Source: an uncultured Pseudomonadales bacterium (GTDB taxonomy: Bacteria > Patescibacteriota > Microgenomatia > UBA1400 > PJMF01). From it: 64,000 bases of DNA. Made by a program: the position numbers and the translations under genes. Each line of letters opens with the position of its first letter. Within the stretch, counting starts at the first letter, position 1. The notes below the pieces were generated by a model. It saw only the letters and a program-made list of their open reading frames with translations, was not told the origin of the DNA and ran no database searches. Below, in pieces: positions 46,984-56,936 of this stretch. The stretch lies in contig CAZKVV010000003.1 in NCBI GenBank assembly GCA_964556485.1, forward strand, positions 56,610 to 120,609, in the 5' to 3' direction.

Positions 46984-48798
46984 TTATCCGCCAGTGCCCA
47001 CCAAATATTTTGCAGACCAAGGTCTGTAATTTGAATAATACGTATCTTGGTGTAGAACTTCACCAGTGGTAGTTGTAACTGTATGATCAAACTCGGTTTT
47101 GATGCCAGAAACTGCCCAGTCAACCTGCTTTCTTGTTCCTGCCGGCAATGTTGGATCAGGAATAAATTCTGTTGCTAACGCTGGTCTAGTATCCCATTTT
47201 CGATAGTTAGATATTTTTGTAGTTCTGCCATCACTTGTGCCAAACAATTCAATTGTTAAATGCAGGTTGGTGGCGTCATTTTGTGTAAAAATAAGAACAT
47301 GATGTTTGGTATCGTTAATAAAGCGGAAATCGACGTTTCCAGAGTACACAGTGGCGTCAAATCCGGGATCTGAGTTGAGTTCGTAGTACGAAACGCGGTA
47401 ACTGTGTTGCAAGCGACGAGTGACGTCTAAACCTGCGTCGAGTACAGATCGAAACAGCGTAGAACTCACTTGACAGACACCGCCGCCATCACCAAGTTGT
47501 GTTTTGCCACCACTAATAACATAGGCCGGCTTAAAACCAGTTTGAGCGGAAATATCGCCCAACGTTTTATTAAATGAAAATTCTGCTCCAGGTGGAACAA
47601 TGGTTGCATTAATTCGATCTGAAGTAATGCCAACATTATGAATTCTACTAGGAATGCTGTGGTTGTAGTAACTTTCACCAAATCCAATTCTTTCTGTTAT
47701 TCCTAAAGTGTTGGTTTGCGCCAGTGTTTTTTCTGGTTTAACTGTAGAAACAGGGAGTGTTTGTGTTTCGACGATGAACAATGGGTCTGCACTTTTTTTG
47801 TCTGGTATTTGTTCAAGTAAGTCGGTGAGTTGTACAAAAAGGATATCTTTCTCGAGCGCGCGTCCATCTCGGTGGGGTGTGAACTCGGTGACTTTGAGTG
47901 TTTCTTCATCATAGGTAAATACAGCGTTATTAGGCTCTCTAAATATTAATTTTGACCATTCATCAATGTTTCTCTTTATATCGTTAAGTGCTAATACTGT
48001 TGGATATCGCAGGAGTGAAACAATTTCGACGTCAGTAAGTGTAAGCTGTGTGTCTTTATCAAAAGAGAAGGGGATTGAAATTCCCACATATGTTTTGGCA
48101 CGCTCCATAAACTCTGTTTGTTGTTCTATTGAAAGCTCAGTACTAGTTGAAGCAATTGGCGTGTTAGTCTCAAAAATATTTTTTTGGGTGTTTTCAATAA
48201 TTTGCAGAACAGCGTCTTTTTGATCTAAAGCTCTGCCCACAAAACCAGGGTACAAAACCAAACTCTTGGGATTTCCTGATTTTTTTAGAGTTAAGGTAGG
48301 TTCTTTGCCAGCAACATCGGTTTGTTGCGATAATAATAGTACAAATAGTGTTACTTTTTCTGCATCTAGCGTGAGACTACTCGAGAGAACTGTTTTATTT
48401 TTGAAACTAGAAAACAATGTTTTTAATCTGGAAATGATAGTTCCGGTTTTACCATGCTCATAAGCCACATCAACAAGGTAGGGAATGTTTCGATGAATAC
48501 CAAGTTCAGCAGCGGCGCTTGAGATACGAATATCATCAACAAAAGCAGAGATAGTAGCTGCTGGAATTTCTAGGTTTTTGGATTCGAGTAATGCAAGTGC
48601 TTCTTGTTTGGTTTTACCACCAACAATAACACTATCAATAGTAGTGTTTGGAAGAATTTTAGTTTTGAAAGTTCTATCAAGAATAAGCAAACCTACTCCA
48701 AGCAGAGAGATGCCAACTAAAATAGCAACGGATACTTTTGTTTCCCATTTCAACACATCGGTCGGTGTTGGTGCTTGCGCAGCAAACGGTGAGTTCAT
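46984..48798 (-). CDS. VanW-family protein with peptidoglycan-binding (YoaR-like) repeats
   Basis: RIHNV, PGAEFSFN, GGGVCQVSSTLF, HSYRVSYYE and DFRF.NDT motifs; N-terminal TM. Confidence 0.9.
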   Translation of the reverse strand: MNSPFAAQAPTPTDVLKWETKVSVAILVGISLLGVGLLILDRTFKTKILPNTTIDSVIVGGKTKQEALALLESKNLEIPAATISAFVDDIRISSAAAELGIHRNIPYLVDVAYEHGKTGTIISRLKTLFSSFKNKTVLSSSLTLDAEKVTLFVLLLSQQTDVAGKEPTLTLKKSGNPKSLVLYPGFVGRALDQKDAVLQIIENTQKNIFETNTPIASTSTELSIEQQTEFMERAKTYVGISIPFSFDKDTQLTLTDVEIVSLLRYPTVLALNDIKRNIDEWSKLIFREPNNAVFTYDEETLKVTEFTPHRDGRALEKDILFVQLTDLLEQIPDKKSADPLFIVETQTLPVSTVKPEKTLAQTNTLGITERIGFGESYYNHSIPSRIHNVGITSDRINATIVPPGAEFSFNKTLGDISAQTGFKPAYVISGGKTQLGDGGGVCQVSSTLFRSVLDAGLDVTRRLQHSYRVSYYELNSDPGFDATVYSGNVDFRFINDTKHHVLIFTQNDATNLHLTIELFGTSDGRTTKISNYRKWDTRPALATEFIPDPTLPAGTRKQVDWAVSGIKTEFDHTVTTTTGEVLHQDTYYSNYRPWSAKYLVGTGG

Positions 48799-48880
48799 TA
48801 TGCTATTATAGACGAGTAGCATTCCTAGCAGGAATGCAAAAAAAACGATACACTAGTACTACCAACTGTATGAAAAATGT

Positions 48881-50764
48881 ATGAATAGTCCGCTGCCCAA
48901 ACCAACTGCGCCAATATTACCTCAACAACCGCCGCAGCCGGGCGGAAATCCTCCACAAAAGATGGTGATACCTGCACCGCAACCTATTTCACCACCACAG
49001 CAACCTACACCTTCTATTGTACCTACTCAAGTTGTACCTTCGCCATCTCCAGCACCAGCCGCGCCTCCTGCTGCTCCTGTACCACCTGCACCAAGTAGAA
49101 TGCAAGCTCCAGCTCTTACACCTGCTCCTAAGCAAGGCATTCCTCAGCCCGGTGGTATTGCTCAGTCCCCAAATGCTGTCAACTCACCGATGCCTCCAAG
49201 AGCCTTATCTGCACTTTCATCCATGACTAGTTCAACTATTCCTCAAAACACTGTGAAAGGTTTAACTCAAGACCCACTCGCAGTAACCTCACAACCTCCC
49301 TTACCACTACAGTCAGGCTCTATTCCTGCACCAGTTGGTCTAGCAGGAGCACCTACGGCAAAAAATGGCGGTTCTAAGCCTAAATTTGCCACGGCAGAGC
49401 GACCATACATGAAGTTTGTGGTAATGGGTGTCGTAGGTTTATTAGTTGTTGGAATTATTGGATTAGTGCTTTCGAGAGTATTTGGTGGCGATGGCGGCGG
49501 AAATTCTGTTACAGTCGATAAACCAAGTGATGGCACTGGTGGTTCAACAGGTAGACAAACCGTTCCATCTCAGCAAACCACTGTAGAGTACTGGGGACTT
49601 TGGGAACCAAACGAAGTTATGGCAGAAGTCATTGCCGAGTTTGAGTCAGAAAACCCAACGGTTAAAGTGGTATACAGCAAACAGTCACATCTTAATTATC
49701 GAGAAAGACTCCAAACAGCCATTGCTTCAGGCAATGGGCCAGATGTGTTTAGATTTCACGCATCTTGGGTGCCGATGTTAGCTGCAGAACTCAAGCCCAT
49801 TCCCGCTTCAATAATGACTGCAGCGGAGTACAAATCAACCTACTATCCGGTGGCAACATCGCAATTACAGGTAAATGGTCAATACGTTGGTGTGCCAATG
49901 ATGTACGACGGGTTGGCTTTGCTCTACAACAAGGAAATGTTTAAAACAGCAGGTGTAGAAGTCCCAACCGATTGGGGTGGTATTAAAGAAGTCGCCACAA
50001 AATTAGTGGTGAAGGGTTCTGATGGCAAAGTTTCTCGAGGTGGAATTGCCATGGGAAATGCAACGAATGTCGATCATTTTGCTGACATTTTAGGTTTGTT
50101 GATGTTGCAGAATGGTGCAGATTTAACTAAGCCAAGCAGTCAAGAAGTCGCTGATGCCTTAACTTTCTTTACCAGTTTCCAGACAGATGATGGTGTATGG
50201 AGTTCAGAATTACCAAATTCTACCGTTGCTTTTGCTCGGGGAGAGGTCGCTATGATCTTAGCACCTTCTTGGAGAATCCATGAGATTTTAGCAGCAAATC
50301 CAGATCTAGACTTTGGTGTTTCTACAGTTCCAATGGTTGATGAGCGGTTGGCTTGGGCAACCTACTGGGCTGAGGGAATAAATGCTAAAAGTAAAAATCA
50401 AGAGCCTGCTGCAGCTTTCTTAAAGTATCTCACTAAAAAAGAGACACTGCAAAAGTTTTACACAGCATCAAGTAAAGTGCGTGCCTTTGGCGAACTGTAT
50501 CCTCGAGTGGATATGGCTGAAGGTCTTGCTGAAAACGAGTACGTGGCTCCATATCTCGCAGATGCACCCTATGCTAAATCCTGGTACTTAAGCTCTAATA
50601 CTTTTGATAATGGAATTAACGATCAACTTATCAAGTACTACCAAGATGCAGTAACCTCCATGGTTGTCGAAGGCAAAAAAGCAACCAATGCACTGGAAAC
50701 GGTCAATCAAGGTACAACTCAAGTGTTGCGCCAGTATGGCGTGAGTGGAGCATTGTCGAGGTAG
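48881..50764 (+). CDS. Sugar-type extracellular solute-binding protein with a Pro-rich cytoplasmic N-terminus
   Basis: Pro/Gln-rich ~175 aa, then a TM; YWGLWE, GPDVF, DGLALLYNK and FARGEVAMI motifs. Confidence 0.85.
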   Translation: MNSPLPKPTAPILPQQPPQPGGNPPQKMVIPAPQPISPPQQPTPSIVPTQVVPSPSPAPAAPPAAPVPPAPSRMQAPALTPAPKQGIPQPGGIAQSPNAVNSPMPPRALSALSSMTSSTIPQNTVKGLTQDPLAVTSQPPLPLQSGSIPAPVGLAGAPTAKNGGSKPKFATAERPYMKFVVMGVVGLLVVGIIGLVLSRVFGGDGGGNSVTVDKPSDGTGGSTGRQTVPSQQTTVEYWGLWEPNEVMAEVIAEFESENPTVKVVYSKQSHLNYRERLQTAIASGNGPDVFRFHASWVPMLAAELKPIPASIMTAAEYKSTYYPVATSQLQVNGQYVGVPMMYDGLALLYNKEMFKTAGVEVPTDWGGIKEVATKLVVKGSDGKVSRGGIAMGNATNVDHFADILGLLMLQNGADLTKPSSQEVADALTFFTSFQTDDGVWSSELPNSTVAFARGEVAMILAPSWRIHEILAANPDLDFGVSTVPMVDERLAWATYWAEGINAKSKNQEPAAAFLKYLTKKETLQKFYTASSKVRAFGELYPRVDMAEGLAENEYVAPYLADAPYAKSWYLSSNTFDNGINDQLIKYYQDAVTSMVVEGKKATNALETVNQGTTQVLRQYGVSGALSR

Positions 50765-50819
50765 AAAATCCTTTTCGTCTTTTTAGACTCATCAGCACGA
50801 CTACACAGTCGTGGAAGGT

Positions 50820-50841
50820 GGGCGAGCTTTGCAGCTCGCCC
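50820..50841. terminator. Hairpin between convergent genes
   Basis: GGGCGAGCT-ttgc-AGCTCGCCC. Confidence 0.6.
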
Positions 50842-50867
50842 AAATTATTTTACTTTAACTTTTTTAT

Positions 50868-51206
50868 TTACCGGGCGACGAGCATCAGTAGGGGAATTGC
50901 GATAATAAGGGCAACAACCACGTTTTGTTCAAACTGTGGGTTGCGGTCTTGAATCGCTTCACGGAGCGATTTTCCCATCAGGTATTTGGCCGCCATATCG
51001 ATGACGATCCAACCCCAGCCTAAAGTAAACACAAGCCACGTAAATACCGTGGCAAATGCGGCTGGGATCCGAGAAATGGATTCCCAGTAGGCTGCTGGAT
51101 CCTGCAAGATGCCTATGACCAGAAAGATGAGCATTAATGCGCCGATAACGTAGCGCATTTTTTTGTTATAACGATTTCCGTTGCCAGGAAGATTATTTTT
51201 TTCCAT
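50868..51206 (-). CDS. Small membrane protein, DUF350/YjfL-like
   Basis: About three TM segments; SLREAIQDRN...VVVALIIAI resembles the DUF350 'L..EI...N.A' pattern; SD AGGAG. Confidence 0.5.
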   Translation of the reverse strand: MEKNNLPGNGNRYNKKMRYVIGALMLIFLVIGILQDPAAYWESISRIPAAFATVFTWLVFTLGWGWIVIDMAAKYLMGKSLREAIQDRNPQFEQNVVVALIIAIPLLMLVAR

Positions 51207-51308
51207 TTTTTTATCTCCTAAAAGATAGGTTGATTTCCCTGCGACAAAGTCGCAGGGAAATCAGTAGATTGGTTAAAAATTTAAAACGATACGCCTAGAT
51301 TGCGATGA

Positions 51309-52085
51309 CTACTTGCCCATCCACTGGGCAATGAGGTCATCATTCGCCTGCGCGCGTTCGCGAGCAGCAATTTCTTCATCCAGGGTGACCGGTTTTTCGT
51401 CAATCAAACGACCAGCCTGCTCGCGCAAGGCGGCCATCTGAGCAGCACTTTGCAGCTCGGCGCGCAAGTTCTGCGCGTCAGCAATGGTATTGCTATTGTT
51501 GCGGCCAGCATCGCGGTCCGCAGCTTCTTCTGCTTTTTTGGCATCTGCCAATTGCGCAAGCCACATCGGACCCTCAGCTTCCAAAGCAGCGTATTCTTCA
51601 CGCATGCTCTTCAGCTTGGCATTACGCTCTTCAAAGCGAGCTTGCCATTGTGCATGAACGCCTTCAGCGCTGGCGAGTTGCGATTGGACAGCGCGCACAT
51701 TTGCGGCGTCCTTATTCAACTCTTCCAGAAGTGCACTTTGGCGAGTTTTGTCGCCGCGTTGTGTCGTGCCAGCTTCAATCCGAGTCATAATTTCTTTCAG
51801 CTCGGCAGCATCACGCTCACCTTCCTCGCTGTAGCGAGCAAGCCGCGTGCGCAGATCGGTCAGTGAACCTTGACCCGTTTCCGGGTTCAGGTATTTCGCC
51901 ATTTCTGCGTACGCTTCTTTAGTGTTCTCGCGCTGCATCGCGATTTCACTATTGAAGGCCTTGAGCATCTGAGCCAAAGCTTCAGCTGGTGTGACAGATG
52001 TGCTCAAAAAATTCTGAAAACGATCGAATTGCACCGACAGAATTTGGCTCACTTTCAACTTGATTACCGGGTTTTGGTTGGTCAT
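51309..52085 (-). CDS. PspA/IM30-like coiled-coil protein
   Basis: Amphipathic N-terminus, TPAEALAQML, long coiled coil, C-terminal TLDEEIAA...DDLIAQW; SD present. Confidence 0.6.
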   Translation of the reverse strand: MTNQNPVIKLKVSQILSVQFDRFQNFLSTSVTPAEALAQMLKAFNSEIAMQRENTKEAYAEMAKYLNPETGQGSLTDLRTRLARYSEEGERDAAELKEIMTRIEAGTTQRGDKTRQSALLEELNKDAANVRAVQSQLASAEGVHAQWQARFEERNAKLKSMREEYAALEAEGPMWLAQLADAKKAEEAADRDAGRNNSNTIADAQNLRAELQSAAQMAALREQAGRLIDEKPVTLDEEIAARERAQANDDLIAQWMGK

Positions 52086-52147
52086 TTTGTTTCCTTTTTC
52101 GATTATTGGGAATTGGGGTTGATAAAATTGGTAAAGCTTGGTTTAAA

Positions 52148-52969
52148 CTAAACGAGATCTTCGACTTCCACTTCTGGATCGAAATCTCGCAAAATGTACA
52201 GCCCGTGGTTGCCTACGCCACCGCGGACTTGCGCGAACAATAAAAATTCACCGGAGGAATCATCTTTAGACAACAAGAACGACATTTGAGTTGTTCCTGT
52301 TTCAGAACCAAAGCGGTTTTCACCGCTGGTCTGACAATTTGTCCAAAGAATATCGGTGCACCGCCATTGTTGATCACTCAGACCTGGGTAGTTAAAAACT
52401 ACTCGGGCTGATTGATTTGATTTGGCAAATGCTTTCCCGTGTTCAGCGAGGTACGTGGTTGGGGCTTGTTCAGCCTTGTCCGTGACCTCCTCACCCATAA
52501 ACCACTGCCAGTTGCCACCTTCCTTGTTGGGAAGATAGGCAATGATCTGGCCGTTGTTTAGGGTGATCCATGGAAACTCTGGCAAGGGTTTGTCAGAGCG
52601 AGGATCCACATGTACCTTATTTTTTGGATTGCCATCAAAGCTTTCCAATTTCAAAAGTACATGGGTGCCTGCAACCGTATGACGGTTGCCCATGATCGTC
52701 AACATGTCCCTAGGCTTTGCAGTTTTAAGCTGGGAAGCTTTGGAGACATGCTGTGTGATTTTTTCAATTTCTTTTTCAACAGCAGCAGTCTTATCTTTTT
52801 GCCTGGTTTGAACAGACAGCGGCACGCCAAAGGGCCACCACTTGTATATCCAAATTCCCAAGCCTGTGGTTGGGTTGTATAAACCATACCCAACTACCAA
52901 GACAGCTGAAATTGCTGGGCCAACAAGGCACAGCAATAAGAAACCTAAAACTTGAAGAAATTCAAGCAT
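52148..52969 (-). CDS. Membrane-anchored protein, DUF4178/YjfK-like
   Basis: N-terminal TM; QLKTAKPRDML.I.G..H.VAG; ends FDPEVEVEDLV; SD AGGAGG. Confidence 0.45.
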   Translation of the reverse strand: MLEFLQVLGFLLLCLVGPAISAVLVVGYGLYNPTTGLGIWIYKWWPFGVPLSVQTRQKDKTAAVEKEIEKITQHVSKASQLKTAKPRDMLTIMGNRHTVAGTHVLLKLESFDGNPKNKVHVDPRSDKPLPEFPWITLNNGQIIAYLPNKEGGNWQWFMGEEVTDKAEQAPTTYLAEHGKAFAKSNQSARVVFNYPGLSDQQWRCTDILWTNCQTSGENRFGSETGTTQMSFLLSKDDSSGEFLLFAQVRGGVGNHGLYILRDFDPEVEVEDLV

Positions 52970-52977
52970 GTTTCCTC

Positions 52978-54861
52978 CTACCAATCAGAATCGGATCCGC
53001 TTCCATAATCGGAATCAGATCCTCCTCCATAGTCGGAATCACTTCCACCGCCATAGCTTCCGCCAGAAGAGCTGTCGCTCGACCAGCTATTGCTAGAAGA
53101 ACCGCCACTGCTGTAATCAAAAGATGACGATTCACTAGCTTGCCTAGCTGCCTCAGCTGCACGTTCTGCTGCTCTTTCAGCAGCTTCCTCTGCAGCGAGA
53201 CGTTGTCGCTCTTGCTCTTCTTGATAATCTTCATACGCACCATAAGCTCTACTTCCTGTGCCATATACTACTGTAGCGGCACTGTTAGCTTCGCTTACGG
53301 CGGGTTCAAACTTTCTTGAAGAAGCGTTCAGGCGGGCGGAAGATAGCAACGACTCGGCGCGATCAAAGTCTGATTTTGCCGAGTATGAGTACGATCCGTA
53401 CGAATTAACGCGCGGTCTTTCAGCAGAAATTGCTGATGAAGCCCGGCTTTCAGCGTTTGGCCATTCGCTACGGTAAGATTCTAGGCTCAACGTTTTGTTA
53501 ATGACGTCTTGCGCAAGATTTTTAGCCGTATTGAGTTCGCCAATTGCTGATTGCGTTTGTCGGTACGCATCATTGAAACGTTGCGTATCAAGTGCTAAGT
53601 ATTCCCGGGCAGTTAGAACTCGGTTGTTTGCCGAAGCTATTAACGAGTTTGCCTGAGTCACATTAGTCGCAATACTAACCCAAGTTGAATTGGCATGCTT
53701 GCTGTCCAGTGTAACCTGTGACACTTCAGCATGATCAACTACTGTCTGGGCAGATTGAGCAAGATTAACCAGACTTATTAGGTCTGTATGTGCCAATCTT
53801 GCACTTTCGACTTCTGTGTTTGCACTTGATTTTGCCGAAGCCGAAGCAGCTATTGAGGCTACTGCAGCTTCATAAGCAACAGGATAATCTACATAGCCAT
53901 CCAACGAGTCATTGAGTGTCGCTTGCGCTAACTCAAGTTGGGTACTGGCTGTGAAGAGCTGATTCTCAGCATCATCAAGCCAATATCCGGTTGCTTGTTG
54001 AATGGCAGCAACGTGATTTTCTGAATCACGCAGCGCTGTGACAGCTTGCTGCGCTTTGGGACCAGCTTCAAGCTTTGTTGTTGCTTGATAGTCCAGTCCC
54101 GCAGTGACCTGTTCCATCAGGGCGTTGATTTCATCAACTTCAATCTTGGCTTGATCCAGACTATGGATTGCCGAGAAAGGATCACCGGTGTGATCATTTG
54201 CCCCAACGGGCGGCAGGTATGAATCGGCTAATGCTAATTCATTTCTTGCCTTTTGGTTCTGCGATGCAGCAGTTTGCAACTTTTCTGAAAGTGGCGTTGT
54301 ATATTTTGGTTGATACAACGCATTCTGATTGTCGTAGCGCGACTGAACTTGCCCGTAGGCAGCTGACGCGGCATCGACATCCTCAACTGTTGATGTGAAA
54401 AGTGCAAAAGCAGTTTCCTGTAGGCGTTGGTTATCATCGAGATTGATCTCGATTTCCCACAGGATTGTCTCGGCTTGTTCAGCCAGACTCGCTGCCTCCT
54501 TCGCATTCTCAAGCCGTTGGTTTGCGCCAGCTACGTTGCCCGACAAAAGTGCTTTTGCTGACTCAATGGTTGAGTCCAGCTCCACAAATTTGTCCGGTAT
54601 CGCTTCGACATATTCTGTTTCAAACCAAGAGCTTTCGCTTCGATCACGCTCAACAAGGTTGTTCTGGGCAATTTCAACTACGGATATGGCATTTTGTGCC
54701 GATTCCGTAGTGGATTTGATCACCCAGCCTGGGATACTAAATAAAAGCAAGTATCCCAGCAACATAATGCTGAACGCAATCCCTTGCGAGAGTGCGAAGT
54801 TTTGCACACTTTTCCCACTCCAGGAGATGATTTCATCAAGTCTAAACTTGAATTCTTCCAT
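52978..54861 (-). CDS. Single-TM long alpha-helical protein with a Ser/Gly/Asp-rich tail ending in Trp
   Basis: TM near the N-terminus; Ala/Gln-rich helices; tail SSGGSYGGGSDSDYGGGSDSDYGSGSDSDW; SD AAGGAG. Confidence 0.72.
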   Translation of the reverse strand: MEEFKFRLDEIISWSGKSVQNFALSQGIAFSIMLLGYLLLFSIPGWVIKSTTESAQNAISVVEIAQNNLVERDRSESSWFETEYVEAIPDKFVELDSTIESAKALLSGNVAGANQRLENAKEAASLAEQAETILWEIEINLDDNQRLQETAFALFTSTVEDVDAASAAYGQVQSRYDNQNALYQPKYTTPLSEKLQTAASQNQKARNELALADSYLPPVGANDHTGDPFSAIHSLDQAKIEVDEINALMEQVTAGLDYQATTKLEAGPKAQQAVTALRDSENHVAAIQQATGYWLDDAENQLFTASTQLELAQATLNDSLDGYVDYPVAYEAAVASIAASASAKSSANTEVESARLAHTDLISLVNLAQSAQTVVDHAEVSQVTLDSKHANSTWVSIATNVTQANSLIASANNRVLTAREYLALDTQRFNDAYRQTQSAIGELNTAKNLAQDVINKTLSLESYRSEWPNAESRASSAISAERPRVNSYGSYSYSAKSDFDRAESLLSSARLNASSRKFEPAVSEANSAATVVYGTGSRAYGAYEDYQEEQERQRLAAEEAAERAAERAAEAARQASESSSFDYSSGGSSSNSWSSDSSSGGSYGGGSDSDYGGGSDSDYGSGSDSDW

Positions 54862-55033
54862 TGATTTCTCCTTTTTTGGAAAAGATTGATAAAATTATTG
54901 TTCGTTGGCAACCTCCAGGTGCCAATAACGAAAAATTTTTTAAAAAGTTAAAGTTTTTAAAGAACTAAAGGTCGCACTACCTTGGAACCAAAGGACAATT
55001 AAGTCCAGGGTTCAAGTCATGAAACCAACCTGT

Positions 55034-55062
55034 ATTGTAGCATAAAACATCCTAAATGTAAA
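55034..55062 (-). promoter_or_regulatory. Promoter of the PspA-like operon
   Basis: TTTACA-17 bp-TACAAT with an extended TG; gives a ~165-nt leader. Confidence 0.6.
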
Positions 55063-55090
55063 TACTATGGGTTAATGTTATACTTCCACC

Positions 55091-56023
55091 ATGCACTCAT
55101 TGCAGCAATCAATGCTCATGTCTCTGGCTTACACCAGTCAATTTGAGTACCCACTCACTCCACAAGAGCTGTACACCAGGCTAATTAGCTCAAAAAGTAT
55201 CTCTGTAGACCAGTATCAAGCTGCGCTTTTGACACTCATTTCTCAAAACTATATTCAGCTCATTTCTGTCGAGCAACAGGAGTTTTTAGTGCTCAAAAAC
55301 GCACAGCAAAATTACGCTCGCACTCAAACAACCACCCGCCTGCAACGTCAGGCATTTTCAGCAAAAAAATGGCAAGAAATTATTCCTATCATCACCTTTT
55401 TACAATTTTTACCAGGTATTTCAGGCGTGTTGATCACCGGTTCACTTGCCATGAACAATGCTACAAAAAATGATGATGTTGATTTTTTGATTATCACCAA
55501 ACCTCACATGCTGTGGATACTTAGACCATTAGTAGTGGGGTATTCGTGGATTTTTGGAAAACGACGTTCTTGGCAAAAAGAAGAAAAGAATAGTTGGTGT
55601 TTTAATTTATGGCTGGATGAAAATCATCTTCAAATGCCACTGCAATCACGTTCAATTTACACTGCATACGAGCTCTACCAGGCTAAATGGTTGGTGGGAA
55701 TGCCTCAACTCGTAGCCTCGTACTACACTCAAAATAGCTGGGCTGGTACGCTGCTTCCGCAGTATTCTCTCCAAGTTGCAGCACAAACAATAGCTGCGCT
55801 GAGGCAAAATAGCCATGTTGTTCTCTCACTTTTCACTCCACTGGCAACACTACTGAGTTACTTGTTGGCACCTTTCAACGTACTGCTGTTCTTATTCCAA
55901 CACTTTTATATGTTGCCACACAAAACTACCGAGCGGGTAGGGTATGGCTATGCCTTTTTTCACCCGCGCAACACTAAACAACTCATCTTTACACGCTGGA
56001 AAGAAGCACTGCTGCAGCTATAA
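55091..56023 (+). CDS. Pol-beta-superfamily nucleotidyltransferase-domain protein with an N-terminal wHTH-like region
   Basis: ITGSLAM.NA...DDVDFLII (GS...DxD); WCFNLWLDE. Confidence 0.72.
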   Translation: MHSLQQSMLMSLAYTSQFEYPLTPQELYTRLISSKSISVDQYQAALLTLISQNYIQLISVEQQEFLVLKNAQQNYARTQTTTRLQRQAFSAKKWQEIIPIITFLQFLPGISGVLITGSLAMNNATKNDDVDFLIITKPHMLWILRPLVVGYSWIFGKRRSWQKEEKNSWCFNLWLDENHLQMPLQSRSIYTAYELYQAKWLVGMPQLVASYYTQNSWAGTLLPQYSLQVAAQTIAALRQNSHVVLSLFTPLATLLSYLLAPFNVLLFLFQHFYMLPHKTTERVGYGYAFFHPRNTKQLIFTRWKEALLQL

Positions 56024-56031
56024 TTGCTGGT

Positions 56032-56553
56032 ATGCCTCAACGCCAAATCACTCATGTTCCTGCGGAAAGCTATAAATATCAGTCGGCATTTATGGTTCCC
56101 ACACCTCTGGCAGATTTTCTAATGGCTGCAGATGGCACTAGGGTTGTGTTGGTAACCGGCGTTTTTGACGTACTGCATCAAGAACATCTGGTTTTTTTAG
56201 AAAAAGCTAAAGAATTGGGTGATGTATTAGTAGTTTGCATTGAGTCAGACGTGCGAGTTCGCCAGATTAAAGGGCCAGATCGACCTCATTTTTCTGAATT
56301 TGAGCGAAAGCACCATCTGGATGAACTAGAAATTGCCGACATGGTCGTGATTCTGCCAGACGAATTTTCTCAACCATTACATCATCAAACCTTTATTTCC
56401 CAAATTCAGCCAGATTTTCTTGCTGTTTCCTCACATACCGCTCATCTTGATAAAAAACAGGCAATTATGTCGCTACATGGCGGAAAAGTAGTGGTTGTAC
56501 ACGAGCATAATCCTGACGAATCTACGTCACAACTGCTTTCTAGGTCAAGCTGA
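56032..56553 (+). CDS. Cytidylyltransferase/adenylyltransferase family protein (RfaE-II/TagD-like)
   Basis: VTGVFDVLHQEH, GDVLVV, KGPDRP...ER and STS motifs. Confidence 0.85.
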   Translation: MPQRQITHVPAESYKYQSAFMVPTPLADFLMAADGTRVVLVTGVFDVLHQEHLVFLEKAKELGDVLVVCIESDVRVRQIKGPDRPHFSEFERKHHLDELEIADMVVILPDEFSQPLHHQTFISQIQPDFLAVSSHTAHLDKKQAIMSLHGGKVVVVHEHNPDESTSQLLSRSS

Positions 56554-56618
56554 ACTTGTACAAAGGCCTCCTTCTGCAGCATACTAGCGGTAGTACTTCT
56601 TAGCTGAAAGGTCGTTTC

Positions 56619-56927
56619 ATGAAGAACATGTTATTGGTGGTGATTGGATGTGGGGTACTGCTTGGAGCCTGCGTTAATACTACAAACTCAACAACTGCGG
56701 GTGAAGCAGAACAAACTCCCATTTTAGCTGTTGAAGAAAAGCGAGGTGATACTACCAAATCGGGAATGCTGCTCAAAAAAGGTGACACGTACTTTATTCA
56801 ATCTCCAGCTGGTGAAATGGACGAAGTTGAAAGCTATGCAGTAGAACTAAGCGATTTTGTAGGAAAGCAAGTTACCGTAACGGGACAGTATAGTGGTGAT
56901 ACGCTGTTTGTAGGAAAAATAGAGTAG
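56619..56927 (+). CDS. Small lipoprotein, probable OB-fold
   Basis: Lipobox LLGAC; LSDFVGKQVTVTG. Confidence 0.65.
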   Translation: MKNMLLVVIGCGVLLGACVNTTNSTTAGEAEQTPILAVEEKRGDTTKSGMLLKKGDTYFIQSPAGEMDEVESYAVELSDFVGKQVTVTGQYSGDTLFVGKIE

Positions 56928-56936
56928 AGTGAAGTA

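Noticed and set aside
52981-53055. 24-bp tandem repeat as a DNA-level element
   Set aside because: It is an in-frame coding repeat (YGGGSDSD) with synonymous variation.
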